62,679 bases of DNA. Source: Alphaproteobacteria bacterium. GTDB lineage: Bacteria > Pseudomonadota > Alphaproteobacteria > UBA2136 > UBA6156. The stretch covers positions 1 to 62,679 of the forward strand of contig JAIXUT010000195.1 in NCBI GenBank assembly GCA_027483385.1, given 5' to 3'. Below, piece by piece: positions 1-8,997 of this stretch (position 1 is its first letter; every line of letters starts with the position of its first letter). The notes below the pieces were generated by a model. It did no database searches, was not told the origin of the DNA, and was given only the letters and a program-made list of their open reading frames with translations. Made by a program: the position numbers and the translations under genes.

Positions 1-48
1 ACCAGCCATAGGAATAAGATCAGTTTAAAAAAAATTATTAAGCGGGCG

Positions 49-56
49 CAAAGGTA
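49..56 (-). promoter_or_regulatory. Host-side -7 promoter box (TACCTTTG on minus strand) pointing out of the window
   Basis: caaaggta at 49-56 is the reverse complement of TACCTTTG, a perfect TAnnTTTG match. A TTTG lies ~16 nt upstream on the same strand. The box is outside attL. Confidence 0.35.
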
Positions 57-98
57 CAGCGAGATTTTATTTCAAACTGCCCTCTAAAATACGTTTTG

Positions 99-119
99 AA
101 AAAAATAATATCCTGTTAA
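99..119 (+). repeat. attL core candidate (21-bp direct repeat)
   Basis: aaaaaaataatatcctgttaa is identical to 62561-62581. The A-run is 7 nt here and 12 nt at the right copy. Confidence 0.7.
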
Positions 120-210
120 TTTTAAACCACAAAAACAATTTATAAAAAACAGATAGTCAATAATATATGTATTAAATATAAAAAGTGGTACATAAAAAGA
201 TACATAACCA

Positions 211-615
211 CTACTTATTATTTTCTGATAACCGTTTGAGTAGATCAAAATTTTGTTGCTGCAACTCGTTGATACGCTTGTACGCTGCCAACAGTTCTTC
301 TTGCAACTTAATCATATTCACCGGTGTGTACTCGGCAGAAAGCTCTTTTACGACATTTCCTTCTTTTTCGTAAGAATTTCCAAAATATCCTGGCTCAACG
401 CCCATATATTTGTATATGGCGGTGGTAATTTTATCAAATTTCCGCTCCTCTCCCTTTTCGGCGGCAGTAAAGTCTGCCTGGTATATCAAAGAACCTTTTG
501 GTGGCTTGTTGTCGTAAGCCCTTTTTATTTCCATATTGATCAAGTTGCACACTTGCTCCATAGACATATTTTTGTCGTACTTCCGCCAAATTCGCAACTT
601 TTCATAATTTCTCAT
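211..615 (-). CDS. CI/XRE-like HTH repressor candidate
   Basis: 134 aa with ATG at 615. It has an HTH-like segment LRIWRKYDKNMSMEQVCNLIN and a C-terminal coiled coil IKLQEELLAAYKRINELQQQ. It is divergent from a Cro-like gene and is the first gene inside attL. Confidence 0.5.
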   Translation of the reverse strand: MRNYEKLRIWRKYDKNMSMEQVCNLINMEIKRAYDNKPPKGSLIYQADFTAAEKGEERKFDKITTAIYKYMGVEPGYFGNSYEKEGNVVKELSAEYTPVNMIKLQEELLAAYKRINELQQQNFDLLKRLSENNK

Positions 616-658
616 ATTATTTACGTTGAAGGGTTTGGTGTTATGAATTATGATGCAT

Positions 659-666
659 TATATTTG
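659..666 (+). promoter_or_regulatory. -7 box TATATTTG for the rightward early operon
   Basis: Perfect TAnnTTTG match. A TTTG at 634-637 sits at a plausible -33 spacing, and the box is 46 nt upstream of ATG 712. Confidence 0.45.
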
Positions 667-671
667 CCTAT

Positions 672-679
672 CAAAATTA
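672..679 (-). promoter_or_regulatory. -7 box TAATTTTG (minus strand) for the repressor-like gene
   Basis: caaaatta on the + strand is the reverse complement of a perfect TAnnTTTG. It lies face to face with the + box, only 5 nt away. Confidence 0.4.
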
Positions 680-711
680 TTAGGCACTATAATTGTATAA
701 ACGATCCCCAC

Positions 712-1071
712 ATGGCTGCTAATTCCAGAAGAATCGAACTTAAAGAATCTGAAGTGACCGTCATAAAGTTGTATTTATACTCAACGATAGGCGGGAATTA
801 CTCCGAGATTGCTAAGCAACTCGGGCTTGAACAGCATGAAGTTTCAGACGCATTGGAAGGGCGCTCCTTAAAAGCGCTTTTAAGGTTAAGGAAACTTTTG
901 GATGAAACAAAAATGCTTCCTACCCTTTTCTTGGTGCATTTGGCTGCAAAAATAGAAAATTTGCAACAACAAATCATTAAAAAAAATGATTTGGAACTGC
1001 AAGAACTGCGAAGTATGACCGAAAAAATGGACCTAATCTTAAAACAGCAAGCCGATGCAGTTCGAAATTAA
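712..1071 (+). CDS. Cro/antirepressor-like HTH regulator candidate
   Basis: 119 aa from ATG 712. The upstream part of track ORF 253-1071 overlaps the opposite-strand gene and the promoter, so it was excluded. HTH-like segment GGNYSEIAKQLGLEQHEVSDAL. Confidence 0.45.
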   Translation: MAANSRRIELKESEVTVIKLYLYSTIGGNYSEIAKQLGLEQHEVSDALEGRSLKALLRLRKLLDETKMLPTLFLVHLAAKIENLQQQIIKKNDLELQELRSMTEKMDLILKQQADAVRN

Positions 1072-1459
1072 CTTGGAAGGTTTGTCTGAGCAAATACAAC
1101 AAGTTGTACACGATGCTGTGTTGTCTGCGAAAGAACAATTAGCCGAACCACGGACTTGGTATTCCCACCATGATGCAGTAAACATCTTGGGATGGCCAGA
1201 AATACTCCTAAAAAAAGGAGTGCAGTATGGCGATTTATCACCAATAACTTTACAAGGCCGAGGCGGAACCCATTACTCATTCAAAGACTTGTCCGAATTT
1301 CACGATAAAATACTGAAAACAAGAAAATCAAAAAATCTTGACCCCAAATACTTGACTAACAATGACAAAGTTCTATCTATCAACGCTCCGAGAATCCGCG
1401 ATATTAGCAGGAATCCCCCTACCGACGAACCCGCTAAGGGACAAAAAAGAGCAGGATGA
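1055..1459 (+). CDS. Xis/MerR-type HTH DNA-binding protein candidate
   Basis: 134 aa. The segment WYSHHDAVNILGWPEILLKKGVQYGDLSPITLQGRGGTHYSFKDLSEFHDKI fits the excisionase-type HTH pattern. It overlaps the upstream gene by 17 nt. Confidence 0.4.
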   Translation: MQFEINLEGLSEQIQQVVHDAVLSAKEQLAEPRTWYSHHDAVNILGWPEILLKKGVQYGDLSPITLQGRGGTHYSFKDLSEFHDKILKTRKSKNLDPKYLTNNDKVLSINAPRIRDISRNPPTDEPAKGQKRAG

Positions 1460-1460
1460 A

Positions 1461-1607
1461 ATGATAGAATTTCAATTGCAGGCCGACGATTCAAACACTG
1501 CAATCGAAATGGCGGCCAGATTTGTAGAGCAATATCCCGCTCTTAAACCTGGATATTGGGAAGTAATTCAAGTCACTGTTACGGTGATTAGAGATAGCAC
1601 TGATTAG
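1461..1607 (+). CDS. Small hypothetical protein
   Basis: 48 aa from ATG 1461, immediately after the 1459 stop and in the same operon. The upstream part of track ORF 1362-1607 overlaps the previous gene. Confidence 0.3.
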   Translation: MIEFQLQADDSNTAIEMAARFVEQYPALKPGYWEVIQVTVTVIRDSTD

Positions 1608-1639
1608 AACAACATACTTTTTTAAATCTTTTTTACAAT

Positions 1640-1658
1640 AATCGTTGCAAATAAGGTT
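1640..1658 (+). repeat. 19-bp operator-like element AATCGTTGCAAATAAGGTT (copy 1)
   Basis: An exact inverted copy lies at 12560-12578. This copy covers the -33 region of the 1668 promoter. Its GTTGCAAA core forms an 8-bp dyad with TTTGCAAC at 1672-1679. Confidence 0.5.
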
Positions 1659-1667
1659 ACTATACGA

Positions 1668-1675
1668 TACATTTG
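1668..1675 (+). promoter_or_regulatory. -7 box TACATTTG(CAAC) for the replication operon
   Basis: Perfect TAnnTTTG match in the 188-bp intergenic gap, followed by the GCAAC extension shared by other promoters in the element. Confidence 0.5.
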
Positions 1676-1751
1676 CAACACACTTCCCGAAAAACGCCAA
1701 AGCGACCCCGCTTAACAATACGCGACCCTTTACAGCAGAGTACACATATAT

Positions 1752-1783
1752 CGTGCGTGAAAATATCTTTCACGCACGTTTTT
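1752..1783 (+). terminator. Intrinsic terminator/attenuator in the leader of the replication operon
   Basis: An 11-bp perfect stem (cgtgcgtgaaa/tttcacgcacg) with a 5-nt loop is followed by TTTTT. It lies ~80 nt downstream of the 1668 promoter and 13 nt before ATG 1796. Confidence 0.6.
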
Positions 1784-1795
1784 AAACCTTACAAC

Positions 1796-3631
1796 ATGGA
1801 AGCAGCTATATTGAGCGCACCCAAGGCCTCAAAAAGCCGTCCTCAAACTATTGAGGAGAGTTTAGGCATTGACTTCAATTTCGAGCGTGAGGCGCTCAAA
1901 GAGGCGCTCCTTGCTTATGAGGATGCCAACCCAGGCAACAACTTGGTAGGCTCCAAAGTGTATGAATTTTTGCGCCATGTGCAGAACATCGTATGGAAGG
2001 AGTTACTTGCGATCAAGAACTCCTCACCAGAGGAGTATGAAAAGTGGCGCACTGGCCAGAATGGATACTACCCATTAAAAACCAACAATACATCGCACGG
2101 GACGACGCTTCGTTTGAGCGAAAAGCGTCGCATGCAGAATACAGAAGCGCCCGGTGAAGGCTATGAAGGCGCAAAAATATCTAAGGTGTCTGATAATGTA
2201 CGTCGCACCGTACAGAATTGGCGCAAGAAAACAACCGCTACCTGGATTCAACAAAACGGTGAGGTTTATAAAGGTTTCCCGTTCTTCATAGAATGGACCA
2301 GATTGAACCGCAAAGGAGAAGTTGACCCAAAAGGCCGGGGCAACGTAGTAGGCTATGTGAACCTCCAGTGGATTTTTGGAGGGGATTGGTGCGCGGTAAG
2401 CGAAAATCAAAAAAGTGATGAAAATCAGACCGTTGCGGGCCAGCAACCGGAAAAATTTTCCACAATTCCCCATTATTATAAGTTCACACCTAAAGGTGAG
2501 AAGATAGAAGGAAATGTGGTGTTGCTACGCAACGACGCTAGTGGATCGGCTTTGCCGATGTTACCAAATAAGACCGCCCCACAGCAGGGTACAGTTGCCC
2601 TAGAAACCGAAAAAAATAAAAAAAAGGTTGCGGCGGCGGCGAAAAATGCGGCTGAGGCGGCTGAACCGGGGCCGGGCGGCAGCGCGGACGCACAAAATGC
2701 TTTGCGGATCCAAGACTATGCGGTCCGTTTGTGGAACCACTTGATGATGGTGGTATATTTCCCGCTTTTAGGCACTGGCCGCATTCGATTTGGATCGGAT
2801 TCGCCAATGAATTGGACGGAATTTACTGAAAGTGATTTCAAAAAATGCCTTCCGATGCTGGTTAAAAACCTGCATGAAGCCAGAAATGCGGATGAAATTA
2901 GCCCTAAAGAGGCATTTGATCGGTTAGTAGAAGCCTGTGATAAACAGGCTGAATATTTGCATAAAAATGGGAAAGCATGGGTATTAGTACCTGATAAGTT
3001 CCTAAAAATAGACCGTGCGCACGGTAATTTGCTATCCGCATTGCGCATTTTTGGCAGCATAGATGCCCCTACCCCCTTGATAGGCCGCGAAGAAGATCAA
3101 AATGCGACGACCAGCCAGCGCCGAAAGCGGCTGTATGAACGTCTTTTGGCGGCAGGAGCAACCCGCATACACCCTGGAACATGGGCAAAATGGTACACGC
3201 AATACGGGCATGAGCACCTTAATGCCTGTATTGACTACATGATTGGCCAGGCAAAGCGAAAACAGCAGCAAACCGGAGGGCTATCCGGGTTTGAAAAAAA
3301 CAAAGGCGGTGCGAGCGCCTATTTTGCCAGTTTGGTTGCACGATTTGATTCAAGTGCGCTATTAAAAGAGGCAATTGCAGATAAACGCCGGGCGACAAAA
3401 CATCAGCTTTGGCAGGTTGCAGAGGAGTGGAAAAAAGATAAATCTTGCGAAGGATGGAAAGAGTTGGGAGTATTGGTTGACAAAATGCAAAATGATAGCC
3501 AGTTTTATCAATTGGTTATTAAACAAACCCAAGACTATTTTGGCATTTCAATCGCCGAGCCTTACAAAGTGAATACATTGATTTTAATATATTTTGTGGA
3601 CATTAACCTTAATAATCAAAAGCAACAATGA
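1796..3631 (+). CDS. Large early protein of unknown function (possible replication initiator by position)
   Basis: 611 aa from ATG 1796. The TTG at 1673 lies inside the promoter. No NTPase motif was seen. It is the first gene of the operon that contains dnaB. Confidence 0.55.
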   Translation: MEAAILSAPKASKSRPQTIEESLGIDFNFEREALKEALLAYEDANPGNNLVGSKVYEFLRHVQNIVWKELLAIKNSSPEEYEKWRTGQNGYYPLKTNNTSHGTTLRLSEKRRMQNTEAPGEGYEGAKISKVSDNVRRTVQNWRKKTTATWIQQNGEVYKGFPFFIEWTRLNRKGEVDPKGRGNVVGYVNLQWIFGGDWCAVSENQKSDENQTVAGQQPEKFSTIPHYYKFTPKGEKIEGNVVLLRNDASGSALPMLPNKTAPQQGTVALETEKNKKKVAAAAKNAAEAAEPGPGGSADAQNALRIQDYAVRLWNHLMMVVYFPLLGTGRIRFGSDSPMNWTEFTESDFKKCLPMLVKNLHEARNADEISPKEAFDRLVEACDKQAEYLHKNGKAWVLVPDKFLKIDRAHGNLLSALRIFGSIDAPTPLIGREEDQNATTSQRRKRLYERLLAAGATRIHPGTWAKWYTQYGHEHLNACIDYMIGQAKRKQQQTGGLSGFEKNKGGASAYFASLVARFDSSALLKEAIADKRRATKHQLWQVAEEWKKDKSCEGWKELGVLVDKMQNDSQFYQLVIKQTQDYFGISIAEPYKVNTLILIYFVDINLNNQKQQ

Positions 3632-4350
3632 GCGCAACGACCTTGACTACAAAAGTGCCCCAAAAAGCCAAAAGTTACCGCAAAAAGCGGGTTAAAAAGT
3701 GGATTTACGGCAAAGAAAGCGATTTTAAGTTGGTAGTAAAAAACCCAGATGGTTGGGTTACATTTTACAGCCATGACACAACCAGCAAGTTCAAAGCAAA
3801 AGGCGGATCCGCAGATCGCACCGAAACTGAAAAAATACAAAAGTTGCAAGAATTGTTGGAAAAAGGAGGCACCCGTGGACAGCGTATTGACCCGGAATTT
3901 GCCGCAATCATTCCAGCGGACGGCAAAGTAAAAGATGCCGTGAGCATCTACCGCCCAGGCAAAGGTTGGTTGCCCGCAGAATGGCGAGAATACGTCAAAA
4001 ATGCAGATTACAAATTGTGGCTTGCAGCCGACCCGGCCAAAAAAGTAAACAACGCTACTATAACCTTTGCAGAAGGTCCAGATTTTAAAACATTTTGCGA
4101 CAAATTACTTAACCCCGCTTTACTTGAAAAGTATGTCGATCAAGATGGTATGGTCCCAAAGGCCGTATTTATTTGCTTATACCTGTCCTATGTGGCCCGC
4201 AAACAAGGCGAAAGCGGTAACTATTGTCGAGCATACATATACCGGTCAGGAAACGACACTCCATTTTTGAGGGTTAATTTACGCACCGGAGTAATGTCTG
4301 AACAAGGCGTATCCACTTGGGCACCTGCTTCATTATTTTACACAATTTAG
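3628..4350 (+). CDS. Hypothetical early protein
   Basis: 240 aa with an ATGA overlap onto the upstream gene. It directly precedes dnaB. Confidence 0.6.
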   Translation: MSATTLTTKVPQKAKSYRKKRVKKWIYGKESDFKLVVKNPDGWVTFYSHDTTSKFKAKGGSADRTETEKIQKLQELLEKGGTRGQRIDPEFAAIIPADGKVKDAVSIYRPGKGWLPAEWREYVKNADYKLWLAADPAKKVNNATITFAEGPDFKTFCDKLLNPALLEKYVDQDGMVPKAVFICLYLSYVARKQGESGNYCRAYIYRSGNDTPFLRVNLRTGVMSEQGVSTWAPASLFYTI

Positions 4351-4353
4351 GTC

Positions 4354-5865
4354 ATGGGCGCAACTGCTACCAAAAAAACGGGCAAATTGATGCCCCAGGC
4401 GCTCGAGATAGAAAAAGCGGTGCTTGGAGCATTGCTCATTGACCGCGAAGCGCTGGTAATCGTGATTGACATTTTGATTGTCGATCACTTTTATTCAAAT
4501 GCGCACAAAATAATCTACCAAGCAGTAAATGAATTGTACCAAAAAAGCGAGCCGATTGACTTGCTTACGGTGACGAATCATTTGCACAAGGCTGATTTGA
4601 TCGCAGAAATTGGAGGCGGCGGCTACCTGGTGGAATTGACCAACATGGTGGCATCCAGTGCCAACATAGAGTTTCATGCCCGCATCATTGTTGAAAAGCA
4701 CATCAAACGTGCTTTGATTGATGTAGGTCATAAACTTGTTTCCGAGGGATTGGATGATGGTGTTGATTGCTTTGACCAATTGGACGCCAGTGAACAGGCT
4801 TTATTTGCCGTAACTAGCAGTGTGAGCACAAAAGCGACCACTGTGATTATGGATGTGGCGATGGACTTGCTCAAAGACATTGAGCAAGCAAATAATCGGT
4901 ATTTGAAAGGCATTGGTGTATCAGGTGTGTCGTCGGGACTGACAGCGCTTGACAAGGCAACCGGAGGATGGCAAAACAGCGATTTAATCATTATTGCGGG
5001 TAGACCAGGTATGGGTAAATCCGCGATTGTTACGACAATTGCATACAATGCGGCGTATTTACACAATACACCTGTGGCTATTTTTAGTCTTGAAATGAGC
5101 AAAAAGCAAGTTACAGCCCGCATTTTGAGCCTAATTACAGGCATTTCTACCACCAAAATGCGAAACGGAAATATAAAAGATCATGAATGGCAAGCATTGG
5201 GTGAGGCTATTGAAAAATTTGATAAGTTGAAAATATATATTGATGATACACCAGGTTTAGGAATTAATGAAGCGCGCGCAAAGTGCCGCAGGTTGAAAAA
5301 AAATAAAGGTGTGCAACTTTTTATTTTTGATTACCTTCAATTAATGACAGGTTCGTCAGATAAAAACCCGGCTTTTGGCAACCGAGAGCAAGAAATTGGT
5401 AAAATAAGCCGTGGTTTGAAAGGACTTGCAAAGGAGTTGGATACTCCGGTGATTGCGTTGGCGCAATTAAGCCGTGCAGTGGAAACCCGTGGTGGTGCAA
5501 AGCGTCCGCAATTGAGTGACTTGCGCGAATCAGGCACTATTGAACAGGATGCCGATATGGTATCTTTTCTGTACCGACCTGAATATTACGGCATCATGGA
5601 GGATGAAACGGGAACAAACGTTGTAGGTATGGCTGAATTTATTATTGCCAAACACCGGCATGGAAGCATGGAAACGGTAAAATTAAAATTTGAATCTGGC
5701 AGTACAAAGTTTGAAGATTGGCCTGATGAAGATCAACAATATTTTTCAACACAAACTAATGCCCTTGTCGTTGCAAATAATGCGTCAAGCGCCGCACCTC
5801 CAGTGATTAGCGCTACTACAATTGCAGATATGCGGTCAGTTGACCCAAAGGACATTCCATTTTAA
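4354..5865 (+). CDS. dnaB: Replicative DNA helicase DnaB
   Basis: 503 aa. DnaB N-terminal signature ALEIEKAVLGALLIDREA, Walker A GRPGMGKSA, Walker B-like IFDYLQLM, and the ALAQLSR and ESGTIEQDAD motifs. Confidence 0.92.
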   Translation: MGATATKKTGKLMPQALEIEKAVLGALLIDREALVIVIDILIVDHFYSNAHKIIYQAVNELYQKSEPIDLLTVTNHLHKADLIAEIGGGGYLVELTNMVASSANIEFHARIIVEKHIKRALIDVGHKLVSEGLDDGVDCFDQLDASEQALFAVTSSVSTKATTVIMDVAMDLLKDIEQANNRYLKGIGVSGVSSGLTALDKATGGWQNSDLIIIAGRPGMGKSAIVTTIAYNAAYLHNTPVAIFSLEMSKKQVTARILSLITGISTTKMRNGNIKDHEWQALGEAIEKFDKLKIYIDDTPGLGINEARAKCRRLKKNKGVQLFIFDYLQLMTGSSDKNPAFGNREQEIGKISRGLKGLAKELDTPVIALAQLSRAVETRGGAKRPQLSDLRESGTIEQDADMVSFLYRPEYYGIMEDETGTNVVGMAEFIIAKHRHGSMETVKLKFESGSTKFEDWPDEDQQYFSTQTNALVVANNASSAAPPVISATTIADMRSVDPKDIPF

Positions 5866-5885
5866 ACTTAATATCATTCAAAAAA

Positions 5886-6587
5886 ATGAAAAATTACACC
5901 ATTATCGGCATTGAAAAAGCACAATCCCTAACCGATTTTTTTAAATCGGATAAGGAAGTATTTAAAATTAAAACCTCAAAAAGTTTTTCCGGCAACGATA
6001 GAGTTGCGGTGAAATACCGTTACGGGCAGGAAAATGTAAGTATAACACTACCCTGTGATCGGCAAGGTGAATTTTGTGTAGCCAAATGCACAAATAGTAA
6101 CGGAATTGATAATCCCATTTTTATCGTTTTTAAAAATGATTCCCCGCTTTTTTGGGCTAATTCCCCGGAATTTTGCAATTTATTCATCGCGATCAATAAA
6201 AAAGGTATAAAGTTTGCAAACCAGGTCAATTGGTTTGTATTTGACCCGAAAACTAAAAATTATTGTAACTGTGTTTTGGAATCCAAAGCCATAAAAAGCC
6301 GCAAATTACAAGTAGGAGGATATGAGTTTGTTACCGTTAAAAACCCTTTTCCAGTTTCAGGACGCGAATATATTGTAGGGGAATTTGGTTGCGGATGGGT
6401 ACTTGAATACGGCGAAACAGAAGAAGCGGCAATTTTAGCCGCAAAGGCTAAGATTGGTGATTTATCACAAAGCGACATTGGTTGCTATGCCAGGGGGCAT
6501 ATCGACCTAATAACCAGATTTTGCGGGAAAAATCCCGAATTTATTGCGCCCACCATTTACAAACGCCGCGCCGAAACAGCCCTATGA
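5886..6587 (+). CDS. Hypothetical protein
   Basis: 233 aa with an ATGA overlap onto the downstream methylase gene. Confidence 0.6.
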   Translation: MKNYTIIGIEKAQSLTDFFKSDKEVFKIKTSKSFSGNDRVAVKYRYGQENVSITLPCDRQGEFCVAKCTNSNGIDNPIFIVFKNDSPLFWANSPEFCNLFIAINKKGIKFANQVNWFVFDPKTKNYCNCVLESKAIKSRKLQVGGYEFVTVKNPFPVSGREYIVGEFGCGWVLEYGETEEAAILAAKAKIGDLSQSDIGCYARGHIDLITRFCGKNPEFIAPTIYKRRAETAL

Positions 6588-8095
6588 CCCATATACCAAA
6601 AAAACAAGAACAAGTCGACCTGATTATGGTCGACCTGTTCTGCGGCGCTGGTGGTACAACCCAAGGCGCTGAGCAAAGCGGACGGTGCAAAGTAATTGCT
6701 GCGGTAAACCATGACCCAATTGCAATTGCATCGCACAGCGAAAATCATGGCGATGTGTATCATGCAACAGAAGATGTACGCACACTTGACCTGAGCATTT
6801 TAATTCAGATTGTACAAAAAGCAAGAAAAAAATACCCACAGGCCAAACTCATTATTTGGGCAAGCCTGGAATGTACTAACCACAGTAAAGCCAAAGGAGG
6901 CCTACCGCGTGATGCGGATAGCCGTACCCTTGCGGAACACTTACCTCGATATGTTTTGGCTTTGGATCCTGATTACGTTTTAATTGAAAACGTTGAAGAA
7001 TTTATGAGCTGGGGGCCACTGGATGAAAGAGGTAAACCGATATCCAGAAAATGCGGCTTGGATTATATGCGTTGGATTAAATCTATCACAGATTTAGGAT
7101 TTACCTACGATTACCGTCTTTACAAGGCGGCTGATTTCGGAGCCTACACCATTCGCGAGCGCTATTTTGGCGCATTTGTGAAGCCAAAAGCCGCATTTGC
7201 ATGGCCCACCCCTACCCACCGCAAAGTAAAAGCAAGTGGAGACTTATTTGAGGATAACCGGCCAGGCTGGAAGCCAGTTAAGGATGTGTTGGATTGGTCG
7301 GATTTAGGGCGCTCTATTTTTGATCGAAAAAAGCCATTAGTAGACAAAACATTGACGCGTATTTTAGGCGGGTTGAAAAAGTTTCACGGATTGGAGCCAA
7401 TGCTTATGACCTGCAATAATCCCGGTTATTGCAAGGCTATTACCGAACCTGCAGGAACAATCACTACACGGGGCCATAAGGCACTGGTATCGCCGATGAT
7501 GTTTACTTATTATGGCAACAGCAGCGAATGCGTAAGCATACAAAATGCAGCGCCAACGGTGACAACAAAGGACCGGATAGCCTTGGTAAATTCTGTTCAT
7601 TGGATGGATTTACAGTTCTCGAGTGGCCAAAAATACCATGGGCTAAATCGTCCCGCAGGTTCCGTTACAACGGTACCAAAAATGGGATTAATAACCGCCT
7701 TTATCGTGAATCCTCAATACAACAACATGGGTAACTCGGTGCAGTTGCCAGCGCCTACGGTGATCGCATCCCAAAAAGGGAGGCCTTTATCCCTCGCATC
7801 CGCAATTTACCAACCCCATGTTTCTCAAAACTGGATGGTAAAAGATGGGGATACCGAAGTGATGCGCCAACTGAAAATATTCATGCAAGAAAACCTCATT
7901 CATGATATTTTAATGCGCATGCTTAAAATACCGGAACTGAAAAAGATTCAGGGATTTCCGGAGGACTATATCCTGAAAGGAAATTCCAATGACCAAAAGA
8001 AATTCCTGGGAAATGCGGTAGTTCCCGATGTTGTAACACATTGGATGTGGGCAATTAGCGCCCAAATCCGGCAAAAAAGCACTTATGAACATTAA
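6584..8095 (+). CDS. DNA (cytosine-5)-methyltransferase
   Basis: 503 aa from ATG 6584. Motif I DLFCGAGG, motif IV-like ASLECTNHS, motif VI LIENVEEF, motif VIII TIRERYF, motif X GNAVVP. Confidence 0.85.
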   Translation: MTHIPKKQEQVDLIMVDLFCGAGGTTQGAEQSGRCKVIAAVNHDPIAIASHSENHGDVYHATEDVRTLDLSILIQIVQKARKKYPQAKLIIWASLECTNHSKAKGGLPRDADSRTLAEHLPRYVLALDPDYVLIENVEEFMSWGPLDERGKPISRKCGLDYMRWIKSITDLGFTYDYRLYKAADFGAYTIRERYFGAFVKPKAAFAWPTPTHRKVKASGDLFEDNRPGWKPVKDVLDWSDLGRSIFDRKKPLVDKTLTRILGGLKKFHGLEPMLMTCNNPGYCKAITEPAGTITTRGHKALVSPMMFTYYGNSSECVSIQNAAPTVTTKDRIALVNSVHWMDLQFSSGQKYHGLNRPAGSVTTVPKMGLITAFIVNPQYNNMGNSVQLPAPTVIASQKGRPLSLASAIYQPHVSQNWMVKDGDTEVMRQLKIFMQENLIHDILMRMLKIPELKKIQGFPEDYILKGNSNDQKKFLGNAVVPDVVTHWMWAISAQIRQKSTYEH

Positions 8096-8987
8096 AATAG
8101 TTGAACATAACGGCGAAACATGGGCCAGCATATCCGACATAATGCGGGAGGCTGGAAACCTGGACTTGTCTACCCTGAAGGATAAGTTGGCCTTCGAGCC
8201 TATTATTACCACCATTAAAATACCTGGGCAAGATGGCCGCATTAACTGGATTAAAACCAGTGATTGCCCCACATTGTTTGCGCGGTATGCCAAACCCAAA
8301 GAGGTGTTTGCCCATATTGTTGCCCATATTTCTTCAGAACAAGATGGGGTAAACAACATGGGCAATAACACGCCTACCCCACCTTTACCCCATGTTTCTC
8401 CAGAACAAGATGGGGTAAACAATATGGGAAACAATGTGGGGTTGCCCAAGCCTACCCCATCTTTCCCCCCGCTTACCCCGGATAGTTTACCCCAAAATAC
8501 CAAGGGTAAAAAACATGGGGTAAAACCGGACAACCCCATGTTCTTTTGGGATGCCTGGGGTATTTTGCTCGGGCGGTTCTTGTCCTCATCTTTGGTAGCG
8601 TATTTGGCACTGCTTTGCCTTATCATCACTTTGTCTATTCTACACAGTGTTGGAGCGGCCAGGTTAATCACCAACATTGCCTGGATAGAATTGTGGGCAT
8701 TATGCCTGCTGATCCAGTCTATTATATTAATCGGCACGGTCAATAGCAACCATTTCGGGAACGATGCCGGATACCGTTTGTTTCTAGCCGGATTTGGAAT
8801 CTATGACAGCTGTATGACGGCAGTAAATTTCTTTTACGGTTGGGACCCTAGCCCACTTTGGTCACCCGTTCCAGCGGAGTTGATTTCGGCTATTATTGGG
8901 CTGGTGGTCCGCATTGCATTCACCATTTCATTTACGATAGGTACCATTTTCTTTGCCACATTGGTTCGGAAAATGCGGGCTGTATAA
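8085..8987 (+). CDS. Membrane protein with soluble N-terminal domain and 22-aa tandem repeat
   Basis: 300 aa. The N-terminal ~75 aa could be DNA-binding (KilA-N/Bro-N-like; weak). The unit SxEQDGVNNMGNN occurs twice, followed by a Pro-rich linker and 4 hydrophobic segments at the C-terminus. Confidence 0.5.
   Translation: MNIKIVEHNGETWASISDIMREAGNLDLSTLKDKLAFEPIITTIKIPGQDGRINWIKTSDCPTLFARYAKPKEVFAHIVAHISSEQDGVNNMGNNTPTPPLPHVSPEQDGVNNMGNNVGLPKPTPSFPPLTPDSLPQNTKGKKHGVKPDNPMFFWDAWGILLGRFLSSSLVAYLALLCLIITLSILHSVGAARLITNIAWIELWALCLLIQSIILIGTVNSNHFGNDAGYRLFLAGFGIYDSCMTAVNFFYGWDPSPLWSPVPAELISAIIGLVVRIAFTISFTIGTIFFATLVRKMRAV
8334..8434 (+). repeat. 66-bp in-frame tandem duplication
   Basis: cagaacaagatggggtaaacaa starts at 8334 and again at 8400 (period 66 bp). 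The ~35-bp conserved cores are ~90% identical. Confidence 0.8.
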
Positions 8988-8997
8988 AGTTAAAGCC

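Noticed and set aside
253-711. N-terminal 150 codons of track ORF 253-1071 (+).
   Set aside because: It lies fully antisense to the better-supported repressor-like gene 211-615. It reads through the divergent promoter boxes and has an odd Phe/Leu/Val-rich composition. Start moved to ATG 712.
7814-8399. 13-mer ccccatgtttctc repeated at 7814 and 8387.
   Set aside because: A 13-mer recurrence is expected by chance many times in a 63-kb window. There is no flanking similarity.
7910-8749. 279-aa minus-strand ORF.
   Set aside because: It is antisense to the methylase 3' end and to the 8085-8987 gene. Its length comes from the Pro-rich/repeat region being stop-poor on the opposite strand. There is no promoter context, so it is a shadow ORF.
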